This document shows, one piece after another, positions 1-13,495 of a stretch of 64,000 bases of DNA. Source of the DNA: Macrostomum lignano (taxonomy: Eukaryota); NCBI GenBank assembly GCA_002269645.1, contig NIVC01003214.1, positions 46,860 to 110,859 on the forward strand, written 5' to 3'. A model generated the notes under the pieces. It searched no databases. It was not told where the DNA came from and was given only the letters and a program-made list of their open reading frames with translations. The position numbers and the translations under genes are program-made. Within the stretch, counting starts at the first letter, position 1. Each line of letters starts with the position of its first letter.

Positions 1-1601
1 TTTAAGGTAGTAAACATTTGAATAGCGCCATTTTTTAATCCGCGATGATAAAAAAATACAACGAGATACATAATTTTAACAAAAAATCTGTCTCTGCCAA
101 TAATAAATTTAATTTGTAATTTATAGAATAAATTTGGTTGAATTAGTCTGCAAAATAGAGCAACTATGTGTGAAAATTTTGTTTTAAACTGACAAAACAA
201 ATAATACCGCTAAAAACTAAATTGTGCTGGATAAGTAGACGCAATAGTTATTAAAATATTTAGTGAGCACGACATGATAAAAAGAGAAAAGACGAAATAT
301 TTATTCATTAAAAAAAGGAAGGTGTAGAACGACACGATATTTTGATGAATCTTGATGATATGCTGAATTTATAATCGTCACCTAAAATCGCATTAAAAAC
401 AGAACTGAAGATTAGACAGTGTTCATACAGTAAACTATTGTAGGTTACTGCTGGCAGTAGATGAATGCCGGCTTTTTTTCCTTTTCTCGTCGATTTACAA
501 ATCGATCACTAGAAATCTTTCAATAAGTAGGGTTCGCGGCCTGTGTGTCTCGTAAGACGTCGCTTTCCTCCAACGCCGCGGTTTCATTATCTTCCCCAAG
601 ACTTTACTTGTACCTTTGAGGGCTGCAAGACTCGCGCTCAATTGAGGTGCTCACCGGCACGGCTTACATGTACATTCTAGCGGGCTTGATACACGGATGC
701 CGCGGCCCAGGCGTACAACGCCGGGACGTGGATGCTGACGGTCACACTGGAGCGGGGACTGGACTCTGCGCACTCGTGGCTGCTCCATGCAAACGTTCGA
801 GCTGATGAGAGCGTCGGGACCGACTTCCTGTGGCCAGGCACGAGCCATTGATACGTAGACTGTCTGCTGTGCGACTCTGAGGCCATCTGACGCACCCTTT
901 ACTTCTCAGGGCCGCGTTTTGCTGTTGTCGTTGTCATTTTTGTTGCCTCCGGTTGCTGCAGATTTCTCAGTCACCGGCAGTTCGTGAATCTGATAGTTGT
1001 TGGAAAGGCAACATGAACTTGCTTGATCCGGTGCGCCCCTCATCCAACCATTCTGGGTAGGCATATGAATTTTAAAGAGGCCCTTAAATAAAAAAACGTT
1101 CTCTGTTCACGATCATCTTTGCGAATGTTTCACAATATTTTACTATCATAGCTTTATACTTTTAGTGTGAGTAGGATATCTGGTTAATATTCTGTTTTTC
1201 TCAATATTCAAAATTAGGAAAAATATAGTGCTTATCTATATAGTTGCACTAACCTTTGTGTTCCAGTTGCTATTTCAGCTGTTTATTTTCAAGTTTTTAT
1301 TTCGTCACCATGGCTCAACCGTATTGTGCAGCCAAGGCCACCGGCAGCGATGAGCCTGTGGGGTGGGAGGAGGAGGGGGGTTCTCAACTCCCATCAACCT
1401 CATCTCTGCCGCAGCTCAGAGCTATCCTAAATTTTCAATCGCTCACGCCTCACGATGGATGCCTCTAACTCTGAGAGCTGGCACCGGAAAAAGCCAATAA
1501 GAAGGAAAACATAGGCTGCTCTAATTGCAGAGCAAACTGGACTTTTTGTTCCGATTGAAGTTAAACAAGTTGTCTTCGATAAACTCCAATTAGGGTGAAA
1601 A

Positions 1602-1638
1602 ATGTTAACTCGAATCTTTGTGGCCGTTTTACTGGTTG
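1602..1638 (+). CDS. Exon 1 (signal peptide) of secreted PAN/apple + ALK/LTK-like glycine-rich protein
   Basis: ATG at 1602 reads MLTRIFVAVLLV, then a phase-1 donor G|GTGAGT at 1639. Joins in frame to exon 2 to give the hydrophobic leader MLTRIFVAVLLVAASPVFA. Confidence 0.75.
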
Positions 1639-2170
1639 GTGAGTCTGCAATTACTTGACTTGGTTTACCTTAACTGCAGGGGGCAACCTGATGCCGGCAC
1701 TGCTGCCCTCTGGTATCTAACATGCAGTTTTCTGCAGCACGCATCGCCGAAATACAACCTGGGGCCACTTGAGGGCCTGCCAGACCGCAGCACGGAACTC
1801 GAAATAAGGTCAGGCAAGAGCCTGGGACCGTGGATGACTTAACCAACCCATCGCAAAGTAACATTGTGGACTCCCATCCCAGGTCCAATTTTTGTAACTT
1901 TTTTTGCCAAATCCAGCTTCCTGGTGTCACTGTGAGCAGAATGACGAATCATTTGTGTACATAGGTTACTCGGGCTCCACTTTATGAGCTTGAGTTGACA
2001 GGCCCTGTCTCAGTGAAAATAGCCCAGCGGCAGCTGATCAAGCGCAGGTGCCCATTGCCAGATTGCCAGAACTTCTACTGTACAAGGCCCTGAGGAAATT
2101 TGTACTATTAGTTCTAGATAAGAGTCTCGATCAATACCATCACGAGCTTAAACAATTCTTCAATTTTTAG

Positions 2171-2509
2171 CGGCATCCCCGGTGTTCGCTAAGCAGCTGT
2201 ACACGAAGATGAGCCAGTTGTCACTCTACCCAGAAGTGAGCAGCGAACTCATCAACGAGTCGAACTCAGACTCCAAGATCGATTGCATCAATAAGTGTCT
2301 GAACAAGGGCTGTGCGTCCGCCAAGCTCTACCAAAGCAGCCAAACCTGCCAGCTGCTCATAATCAACGACGCTTCCGAGGCTCCCGGACCAGCAGGGACC
2401 CACGTGAGCAGGACCCTCGACGGCTTCAAAGATGGCGTCAGCATGTTTAAGGCTGCGGACTATGAAGATATGCTAAGGACGAGGGCGAGAGTCAACATCA
2501 CGTTTTACA
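2171..2509 (+). CDS. Exon 2: PAN/apple-like Cys domain
   Basis: Acceptor ttttag|CG at 2170/2171. Encodes DCINKCLNKGCASAKLYQSSQTCQL, with PAN/apple-like Cys spacing. Phase-1 donor A|GTGAGA at 2510. Confidence 0.7.
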
Positions 2510-2906
2510 GTGAGACAATTTTTGCTTATGTTGCACTTTCTCAAGTCAATTTGCCTTGTAATTTAAAAAAACTCTACAAGTATAGGGTGGTCCAAAATGG
2601 TCTCCCGGATACTTTTTACTTAAATAATCAGTACAATAATCAATACAATTGTTATCTGTTATCTGAGTAAACTGCTGTAATTTAATAATTTTTGAAGCAA
2701 GTACTGAGATTTTGAAGTAAAACATCAGAATGTTCATCAGAACAAGGTTTAAGCAGGTCAAGTTTTAAACCAATCGGTCGACACAGTGCAAAGAAAGCTC
2801 AGTTTTTTAACCGGGAGACCTTTCTCAATTACCCGTAATGTTTACGAGCTTTAATGGCTGCTCTTGAACAGTTTGAATCTACGCTCTGCTTCCGCCAAAA
2901 TAACAG

Positions 2907-3290
2907 ACGCCAGCACCGGCCGAATCGGCAGTGTGCAGAAGCTGCGCATCAACATCACCGGCTGCTACCGGCTCCAGGCTGGCGGTGCCAAAGGCGGAGA
3001 TGGCACAACAAAACCAGGAGGCTGGGGTGCCGCGGCTGCTGGCAACTTCAGCCTGCCTGCCGGCACCCTGCTAGCCATGGCGGTGGGCCAGGCCGGCGCC
3101 CCGTCTTCGAAAAAATACGCTGGAGCCGGGGGCGGAGGCAGCACCTTCGTTTATACCAACTGGAATAGCAAGCATAGGAGCGGCTCCGTCAGCAGCAATA
3201 CCAGCGACTGCATGCGGGATGGCAGCTCGGCGGCCTGCTACCTGCTGCTAGCGGCTGGCGGCGGGGGCGGAGCCTCGCACTCTTTTGACG
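2907..3290 (+). CDS. Exon 3: ALK/LTK-type glycine-rich domain, N-terminal part
   Basis: Acceptor taacag|AC at 2906/2907. Encodes NASTGRIGSVQKLRINITGCYRLQAGGAKGG...LAMAVGQAG...GAGGGGSTFVY...LLLAAGGGGGA, the motif series of the ALK/LTK extracellular Gly-rich region. Donor G|GTAAGC at 3291. Confidence 0.8.
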
Positions 3291-3320
3291 GTAAGCTTAT
3301 CTATCTATCTATCTATCTAT

Positions 3321-4067
3321 TGTTGTGTCTCGGCCTAATGGCCGCTGGACGGGTCAAGGTTCGGGCCTTCCCCGCCTGAGACACCCCGGTCCCAGCCCTC
3401 AGCCCGGCTATTCCTACCCTGTCTCGCTCGGTTCGGCGAGATTTCGCCTGACCGAACACCCTGGGATCGGCGAGAGTTTACCGTTCCCAGGTCCCTGCAG
3501 ATCCCGGCCCCACGCGGCAACCCAGAAGAACGAAAGCTCGAGCTCACCTCTCCAGTCAGATACTTGGAATTTAACGAAGTATTTATTGGCCGAGAGCAGA
3601 CAGTTTAATCGAACAAATTGCAATCGATCACAACAGTTAAGCGAACGAACAAGCAGAATGCAGACGAACGAGCAAAGTGCAGATGAACAACGAGCGGACA
3701 CCAACAGAGAGAAAAAAACGTGGAGCGCAGCCCGCTCAGGGCTAGCATTTAAATAATACACAAAAAAGGGGGGAGGGGTGGGGCAGACTGGAGAGGGCGA
3801 GCCAAACCCTGGGGCCCAGTCGGCTTATCAACCAGCCAGCCAATACGAGCAGCCCCAGGGTGAGGCGGGCAACGAGGGAGGGGGTAGGGTCGGCACCCAG
3901 ATTGGACAGAGGTTGGGCCGGGGCTGGGTGCAAAGGGCTAGGCCAGGGTTGAGACTTACGCCTCTCACAAACCCTGGCCCGGGCGCGAGACGGGGGACGG
4001 GGCGGGTGGCATGAAAACTGAAAACACAAGTACGAGTACATACGCACTGAAAGGGCGCAGCCCAACA
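3321..4067 (-). mobile_element. Solo LTR (probably Gypsy-type), 747 bp, inserted in a (TCTA)n microsatellite in intron 3
   Basis: Ends TGTTG (3321-3325) and CAACA (4063-4067) give TG...CA with a 5-bp inverted repeat; CTAT flanks both sides. On the minus strand a TATA-like TATTTAAA (3748-3755) lies upstream of AATAAA (3582-3587). No gag/pol seen. Confidence 0.65.
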
Positions 4068-4914
<847 letters not shown>

Positions 4915-5521
4915 CACGTAAACAGTTGTGACTGATGAGCTAAATACATGCGGCTATGGAAATTCCATTATCTTCAAGAGCAGTGTCTATCTATCTACCT
5001 CGTAATTTGATTGGTAGCTACGGGAGACCCAAAAGTTATCTGGATGACTGCTATGCTATGCTTAAAAGCATCGGAGTTGGACATTGTGAAGCTTTGAGCA
5101 ATAAAAAAATTCAGTTTAGTAAAGTTGCGGCTCGTGACCATACTGAAAAAACGGGAGAAGTACTCTTTAAAATGAACTCAGCTACCTATTTAATCATCAT
5201 ATAATATCGCTATATAATCCAAAAAGTACTCATAAACAATTAATAACTGTTGGAGCTAGAGCTAGGGTCGTGCAGTGGCGATTGGGGTGGAATTTAAATT
5301 GTCTCTCCTGTCTCTCCTTTCTGCCCCTCTTCCCGAATGCTTCTGACAAGCCTGGGACGCTAAAACAAGATGGAAATTGCACAACACCAAAAATCCTTGT
5401 AAGGCCCTTCACACGGTTTAATGAATTTTTTTCTTCTTGTGGTATTTCGGTCTTTTGAAGTGCCGTCTTTACGCTCGCACTTTGCATATATCTCTCATCT
5501 AAGCTCGCAAACATCTCGCAG

Positions 5522-6012
5522 GAATCGCGGGTCAATCCGTGACAGCTGGCGCCAATTCTAAGGGCACCCTTGCATCGAACGAAGGACAGGGTGGAAGCGA
5601 AGGCAACCCCGGGTACCTGGACCCTGCCAATTCCTACTCAACTCATAAACAGGGCGGCTGCGGCGCCGGCTGGCTCGGGCGGCCCGTCACTGCCCGCAGG
5701 TCCGAAGAAGACGGCACTGGCGGAGGTGGCCTCGCCGAGGACTGGGTTGGCGGCCTTCCCGGCAACGATGACACCGGCGGCGGCGGTGGTTTTGGCGGCG
5801 CTGGCGGAGGCGGCAACGATCCGGGAGCTTCCGGAGCCGGCGGCGGCTTCAGCGGCGGCGCCGCGGGTGTCGGCTACGGTCAGGCTGGAGGCGGCGGCGG
5901 CTCGCTCTGCCTCGGTGCCGCCTGCGCTTTCACTCTAGCTGGCAACAGCGGACGAGAGCACGGATTTGTGACGGTGCAGCTGCTGAACCGGCTGACGCCG
6001 GACTGCGTGTAA
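5522..6012 (+). CDS. Exon 4 (terminal): glycine-rich domain, C-terminal part
   Basis: Acceptor ctcgcag|GA at 5521/5522, in frame with ORF 5539..6012. Encodes GCGAGW...GGGGGFGGAGGGG...GAGGGFSGG...GGGGGS...HGFVTV, stop TAA at 6010-6012. The four exons total 1251 nt = 416 aa + stop. Confidence 0.85.
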
Positions 6013-7059
6013 AGCGTCTAGCATTGAATTTACAAGCAAGGTGAGCTGAGACAGGCAGGCTATAGGAATGCAGGGTAAGAACTGGGGACCTCCACAGTCT
6101 CAGCACTGGGACAGGGTAGCATCTGCGGAATGCTGGGTAGGAGCTGCGACCTCGACAGTCTGCAACTGGAGCAGCCCAGGATGTTGCTTCTCTATTACAA
6201 ACTTTTCAACCAGTTCTTGTAAAAAAGTTTATTTAAACACAATTTTTAAACACATTCACTAGAAATTTTTGCTCTATTAAACCAATTGATCCGGTTTTCA
6301 CTGTTTGCATACTTGGTCACTGAAGCTGAAACTTTTCATATTTTTCTAAATTATTTTATTTCTTCTTTGTTCGCTGTGGAATGTAAATTCTAGCTCAAAT
6401 TGGTCCCACTTTTTTATTAAAATAAACTCTTTTCACTCCATTTAAACATGTCTTAATGTCATGACTCCCTCTCCATGATGGCAACCTCAAATTCGAGTGA
6501 CTAATGTCACTGTATGCTCGTATATATGCATACCCCTGTCTATACGTAATCTTACCCTTGGCACCCTTTCAGGGGAACATGGGAGGCATGGAGGGTGGCA
6601 TTCACCCAAAAATTTGGGTTACCCAGGCAGACCCAGGTGAAGTTTGTGAAGGTTTTCAAGCATATTTCTTGGAATCCATCCGCCCACCCATTTTTGAGGA
6701 TATGTCACTTTCATGCCCCCGGCGTTCCCTAGACTGTGTCGTCAGTTTTTTTAGCAAGATTACGATTGTGATATAATCATTCAACTGATATATTGTTGAT
6801 ATATTGTTGATATATTGTTGATATATTGTCAACAGTATATTGGTATTGTTTTAATGCTCTACTCTCGTATTTATCTTTGTTGCCTTTTAAGATTTTGTAA
6901 GCCAGATTATCTCATGCTACTCACGATTATATTTAATATTTTTTTCGTCGTAATTAACTTTGAATTTATCTATTTCTTTCAATGTCACAAAAAGTTGTGT
7001 GAATTCACAAACCCCATTTTGGGGATGTGAAACTTGGGCAAGCGATATTTGGGGTGTAA

Positions 7060-7335
7060 TGTTCGGGAATGTGATATTTGAAAATGTGATGCTTGGGAAT
7101 GTGATGTTTGGGAATGTGATGCTTGGGAATGTGATGTTTGGGAATGTGATGTTTGGGAATGTGATGCTTGGAAATCTGATGTTTGGGAATGTGATGTTTG
7201 GGAATTTATTTTTTGGGAATGTGATGTTTGGGATGTGTTGCTTGGGAATGTGATGCTTGGGAATGTGATGTTTGGGAATGTGATGTTTGGGGATGTCATG
7301 TTTGGGGATGTCATGTTTGGGAATGTGATGTTTAG
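7060..7335. repeat. 15-bp minisatellite (GGGAATGTGATGTTT)n
   Basis: Directly visible; explains the GNVMF-repeat ORF. Confidence 0.95.
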
Positions 7336-9694
7336 GGATATGAAGTTTGAGGATTTGAGGTTTGTTCTTTGTTAGCCAGCTGCACTGTTTTCAAACGTCA
7401 AGTTTTGAAAAGTACTTTTATGTTTTACTTATTCACATGGTTATTGTTTGCTGTTTTAGGTCCTTGAAACTGCTCTCGCTATTTATTCTAATCATTTCAA
7501 AGTCATGTGCAACTTACTATCCAATAATTTTTTCTATCCATATATTCTATAATAAAATAAATCCTTAGACTCAACAAAACAATGCTGCCTCGTGAACTGG
7601 CTAAAATTTCAACTCCTTTCGACATTCCTGTTGTTCACAAGAGCTTAAACACAGTCTGAAAACTTATGCAACAACCCGTGGTACACCTTTTTGCGTTCTA
7701 TTTCGATAAAACTGCATTAAATTTCGGCAAACTGGCTTTCATTTTCGGCATCTGTCTGTCTGTCTGTACAGATAATAGGGAAAGCGCGACCGCTGTTTTT
7801 CGGCACTTGTGCGAAAAAGCCGACATGGGTTGCTTATAAATTTGAGTTCAGTAGCTTAGGCACATAGACGCTATTTTTTTAGAATTTACCAGAAATTCTC
7901 ATGAATTCCATAGACTACTGATGAAATTGAGTTCAGTAGTTGATTTTTGCGCTGTCGCGAGATGCAAATTTTTTTACATTTGCTTTTACGGCCACAAAAG
8001 TGGTTAATGAGTGGCCCCTCTTGTGTATAAATTATCTTTGAACTGCGGATTGATAAAAGATAAAAGATAAAAGATAATTTGGAGTACAGTGTTGGTGTAA
8101 ATGAACGCGCAATAACCAGCAAACAATAGCCCGTGAAGAAGCAAAGCGCATTGTAGAAAAAATCTTAATACTAAAGTTGGTGCGTTGTTTGTCTGTGTGT
8201 GTGTGTGTTTGTTGGATAACTCCTCCTAGAATACTTGCAAGTCATCTTAATACTAAAGTTGGTGCGTTGTTTGTCTGTGTGTGTGTGTGTTTGTTGGATA
8301 ACTCCTCCTAGAATACTTGTCTCTCTCTCTCTCTCTTTCTTCTCTTCTTCTCTCTCTTCTATCTATCTATCTATTATATACTAAAGTTGACGTGTTGTTT
8401 GTCTGTATGTCTGTGTGTCTGTCATTTCGACAACTCCTCCTTGAATAGTGCCAACTCAGCGTTGAAACTTATCCGAGGTCGGCTATAGGCTATTTTAATT
8501 CTGAAATTTTAATTTCTAAGATCCTCAAAAAAGCAGAAAACTGCCTTTTTGACCCCCAATAACCTTCTTTTGCTACTCTGCCTGGGGCTTCAGCCAGTTT
8601 GTAAAAATAGCCACCCCAACCTCCGCCCGCGGGCCGCTGTGTATTGAGGGGTGGTGGGTGCGCGTGTTCTACGTTCAATGCAAATAAAACCCCCCGCGTG
8701 TTGGGGGGTTGGGTTGAATTTAATGATTCCCCAGAACGGGGTTAGGGCTTGGGCTGAGTGTACATAGCAGTTGTACAGTGTAAACAGATAGACTGTGTCG
8801 AGATTCAATTGGTTTTATTATCGGCCCTGTGAATTAGCTTGGCAATGAAATTCAATGAACAAACTTGCGAGCCTCTCAGGCAAGCAGTCGGGAAATTGGG
8901 AAATTACAAACGCTAACTGTTCCTCGAGTTTTAAACTTTGAGAGGAGAAACTTATATTGCTGGAAAGATCTTGCAACGCTGAGTTCGGGGATATAAGTTG
9001 TTTGCTTCAAATATGAAAAGAAAAAGCACAGCATTTGAAAAAACTATTTCCATACTTTTAACTTTCTGCAAAGATTGTACTCAGTTTTGCGAGACGTAAT
9101 AGATAAAGTTGGGGAAGGGTTCAATATTGGAGGGTTGAATTAGATTGCGCAATGTTTTTTGTTAACTTTAACTGAGACTGATAGTGACTGACTGTGAAAT
9201 CGGTTGCGCAATGAATTGATTCAATATTTTCATCAGTGCCTTTTAACACGAAGCTGTGCGTAGTTCTAACCCTAACCCTAACCCTAACCCTAACCCTAAC
9301 CAATGAATCCGGAGAGTTGAGTTGTTTGACGGAAAAAATTCAATTGAGTCCAGTTTAGCGGAGACGATTTCGATGTTTTAATTTTGACGGAGAGGATTTC
9401 TGTTTCGTGGAGAGGATTTCGATGGTGTTCAGTTTCGTGGAGAGGATTTCGATGGTGTTCAGTTTCGTGGAAAGGATTTCGATGATGTTCAGCTTCACGG
9501 AGAGGATTTCTGTTTCGCGGAGATAATTTATGATTGATTTCTGTTTTATGGAGACCATTTTGATGGATTTAAGTTTCAAGGAGAGGATTTCGAAGGAGTC
9601 CAGTTTCACGGAGAGGATTTCGATGGTTTTCAGTTGCACGGACAGGATTTTTCTGCTTCGCGGAGAGGATCTTGATGGATTTGGCATCTTCAAT

Positions 9695-10590
9695 CAGTCA
9701 GAGAAGAGAGTAAAGAGAAGAATGAAAAGAGAAGAGAGATGAGATGATAGAAAACAGAGTAGAAATGAGTGGAGAGATTAGACATGACAGATGGGAGAGA
9801 AGAGGGGAGTAAGGCGGGAACGAAGGAGAGAGAAGAGAAGAGAGATAAGAGCGTACAGAGGCAATAGAAGAGAGGAAAGAGAGGAGAGAGGTGAGAGAAG
9901 AGAGATGAAAGATCAGAGATCAGAGATTTAAGAGAAGAAAGTAGTGAGGAGAAAGAAGAGGGTAAAGATGAGAGTGCAGAGAGGAGAGAAACGAGAGGAG
10001 ACAGGTAGTAGAAAGGAGTGTAAAAAACAGGAGATAAGAAAGGAGAGGGTGAGTGTGAGAGCATATAGGAAAGTGTAAAAGGGGAGCAGAGGAGAGAGAA
10101 TAGATAAGTGAGTAGAGAAGAGATATGAGGGAGGAGAGATTAGAGATTAGAGAAGAGATTAAAGAAGAGAAGAGAAGAGAGAAGAGAAGAGAGAATGGAG
10201 AGGAGAGAAAAGAGAGGAGAGGAGACATGTGATGCAGTAGAAAGGAGGGAAGAAATATGGTAGATAAGAAAGGAGAGGGTGAGAGCGTATAAGAGATACG
10301 AGAAATGAGAGCAGAGAGAAGAGAGAAAAGGGAAGAGAGAAAGTAGAGCGGAGACAATAGATAAGTGAGTAGAAATGAGATATGAGAGAGAAGAGATAAG
10401 CGAGAAGAGTAGGAATAGAGTAGAGAGAGAAGCGAGAGAAGGCAGAGAGGAGGGAGAAGAGAGATGAAAGATCATAGATGAGAGAGATGAAAGTGTAGAG
10501 ATGAGTAATTAGTGAGGAGAAAGAAGAGAGTAAAAATAAAAATCAGAGCGCAGGGCGCAAGAGATGAGAGATGGGAGTTGATAGATTGTA
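9695..10590. repeat. Purine (GA)-rich low-complexity block within Helitron unit U1
   Basis: Almost pure A/G on the + strand with internal duplications; homologous to the block in U6. Confidence 0.85.
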
Positions 10591-13344
10591 GAGGATTTGG
10601 AGATGATTTGGAAGATGGGATTCAATTCATGGAATTGCAGCTGATAGGAGTTCTTCCCCTTCAGAATTCCGGTGATGGGAGTTCTTCCCCTTTCTCCTCC
10701 GAAGGAGGAGTTCCACTCTTAATACTAAAGTTGGTGCGTTGTTTGTCTGTGTGTGTGTGTGTTTGTTGGATAACTCCTCCTAGAATACTTGCAAGTCAGC
10801 GTTGAAACTTATATGGGAAAACTGCAAATTTTCCGAGGATGGCTTTAGGCTATTTTAATCTTTCATTTTCAATTTTTAAGATCCCTAAAAAAGCAGAAAA
10901 TGGCGGTCTTGACCTTTGATAATCTTAATTGTCCCCTCTTTCTGCTTGGAGCTGAAAATTTGCATAAATTTTAGTGATTGCGCCATAAAATTTTTCTATC
11001 TTGGCAGTGTATTTTCTCTCAAGTGGGGGGATGGTCGCGTTCTCAGTGGCTGCGTGTGTACACTTGAACCCTGGCTCACTGACTGACTTTATAGACAATT
11101 GCGCAACTATTTGTGTTCTGTTTTTTAACAGGAAGCCCTGTGTATTTTTTGCACAGTGAAATTCAGTGCATTTTAATGCATAAACTTGCGAGCATCTTTA
11201 GCAGGCAGTGAACGTACACTCGATATTTCAATGCTTAAAATCAGAAAGTTTCAAACACTAACTGTTGCTCGAGTTTTGAACTTAGAGAGGAGAGACTTAT
11301 ATTGCTGGAAAGATCTTGCTGCAATGAGTTCGGGGATATAAGTTTTTTGCTTTAAATATGAAAATTAAATTCACAGCATTCAAGAAAAGATTTTCATACT
11401 TTTAGCTTTCTGCAAAGATTGTGCTCATTTTGGAGTTCAATGGGGGTTCGACCGACCCCCCAATAGTTGGTGGGGGGGGGTTCAATTTCTAGCTGCACTG
11501 CGTATTGGAAGGGGGGTCGGTTGCTGTGTATTTGAGGGTTGATTTAGATTGCGCAATCTTTTTGTTAACTTTAACTGAGGCTGATACTGACTGCCTGAGA
11601 AATAAGTTGCGCAATTTAATTGGTTCAATGTTTTTACGGCGTCTTTCAACACGCAGCTGTGTGTAGCTCTAACCCTAACCCTAACCTTAACCAATGAATT
11701 CTGAGAGCTGGGCTGTTTGACGTAGAAATTTCGATTTAGTCCAGTTTCACGGAGAGGATTTCTATTTCGCGGAGAATATTTCGATGGTGTTCAGTTTCAC
11801 GGAGACGATTTCTGTTGCGCGGAGAGGTGTTGGAAAATGGGATTCCGCTGATGGAGTTCAGGGAATGGAATTCCGCTGATTGGAGTTCTTCCCCTTTCTT
11901 CTCCGAAGGAGGAGTTGGCCTCGTCTTAATACTCTTAATACTAAAACTGATGCGATGTTTGTTTGTGTGTTGCAATTTTTCTCCTAGACTACTGGCAAGT
12001 CAGCGTTGAAACTTATATGGGAAAACTGCAAATTTTCCGGATTGGGTTTATAGCTATTTTAATCTTTCATTTTTACATTTTAAGATCCCTAAAAAAGCAG
12101 AAAACTGTTTTTTTAACCCTCAATAACCTTCTTTGGCCACTCTGCCTGGGGCTGCAGCCAGTTTGTAAAAATAGCCACCCCAACCTCCGCCCGCGGGCCG
12201 CTGTGTATTGAGGGGTGGTGGGTGCGCGTGTTCTGGGTTCAATGCAAATAAAACCCCCGCGTGTTAGGGGTTGAGTTAAATTTAATGCTTCCCCAGAACG
12301 GGGGTTGGGCTTGAGCTGAGTGTACATAGCAGTTGTACAGTGTAAACAGATAGACTGTGTCGAGATTCATTTGGTTTTATTATTGGCGCCTTTTTTCCAT
12401 AGGCAGCCCTGTGTATTAGCTAGGCAGTGAAATTCAATGAATAAACTTGCGAGCTTCTCTATCTCTAGCAAGCAGTCGGGAAATCGGTAAATTTCAAACG
12501 CTAACTGTTCCTCGAGTTTTAAACTTTGAGAGGAGAGACTTATATTGCTGGAAAGATCTTGCAATACTGAGTTCGGGGATATAAGTTGTTTGCTTTAAAT
12601 GTGAAAACAAAAAGCACAGCATTTAAAAAACGATTTCCATACTTTTATTTTTACATTTTAAGATCCCTAAAAAAGCAGAAAACGGCAATTCTGACCTTTG
12701 ATAATCTTAATTGTCCCCTCTTTCTGCTCGGAGCTGAAAATTTGTATGAATTTTAGTGATTGCGCCATAAAATTTTGCTATCTTGGCAGTGTATTTTCTC
12801 TCCAGTGGGGGGATGGTCGCGTTCTCAGTGGCGGCGTGTGTACACTTTTACCTTGGCGCACGGGCTGACTGACTGAATAGAAAATTGCGCAACGATATAT
12901 GTTCTGATTTTCAATAGGCAGCCCTGTGTATTTATTTGTTGGACAGTGAATTCAATTTGAATAAACTTGCGAGCATCTTTAGCACGCACTGAACGTACAC
13001 TCGATGGTTCAATGCTTTAAATCGGGAAATTTCAAACGCAAACTGATCCTCGAGTTTTTTACTTTGAGAGACTTATATTGCTGGAAAGATCTTTCAATGC
13101 TGAGTTCGGGGATATAAGTTGCTTGCTTTAAATAAGAAAACTGAAAGCACTGCATTCCATAAAAGATTTCCATACTTTTAACTTTCTGCAAAGAGTGTAC
13201 TCATTTTGGATTGAATGGGGGTTCGACCGACCCCCTAACAGTTGGGGGGTGGGTTCAATTTTTAACCGCCACTGCGTATTGCAAGGGGTCAGCCTCTGAG
13301 CATTGGAGGGTTGATTTAGTTTGCGTAATAATTTTAACTGAAAC

Positions 13345-13495
13345 TGATACTGACTGACGGAGAAATGAATTGCGCCATCAATGATACTGACTGACGGAGA
13401 AATAAATTGCACCATCAATGATACTGACTGACGGAGAAATGAATTGCGCCATCAATGATACTGACTGACGGAGAAATGAATTGCGCCATCAATTT
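13345..13495. repeat. 37-bp tandem repeat (~4 copies) inside unit U3
   Basis: TGATACTGACTGACGGAGAAATGAATTGCGCCATCAA starts at 13345, 13382 and onward. Confidence 0.9.

Noticed and set aside
6065-6190. Two diverged ~60-bp direct repeats downstream of the Gly-rich gene
   Set aside because: Only two degenerate copies with no termini or coding signal; likely a local duplication in or near the 3' UTR.
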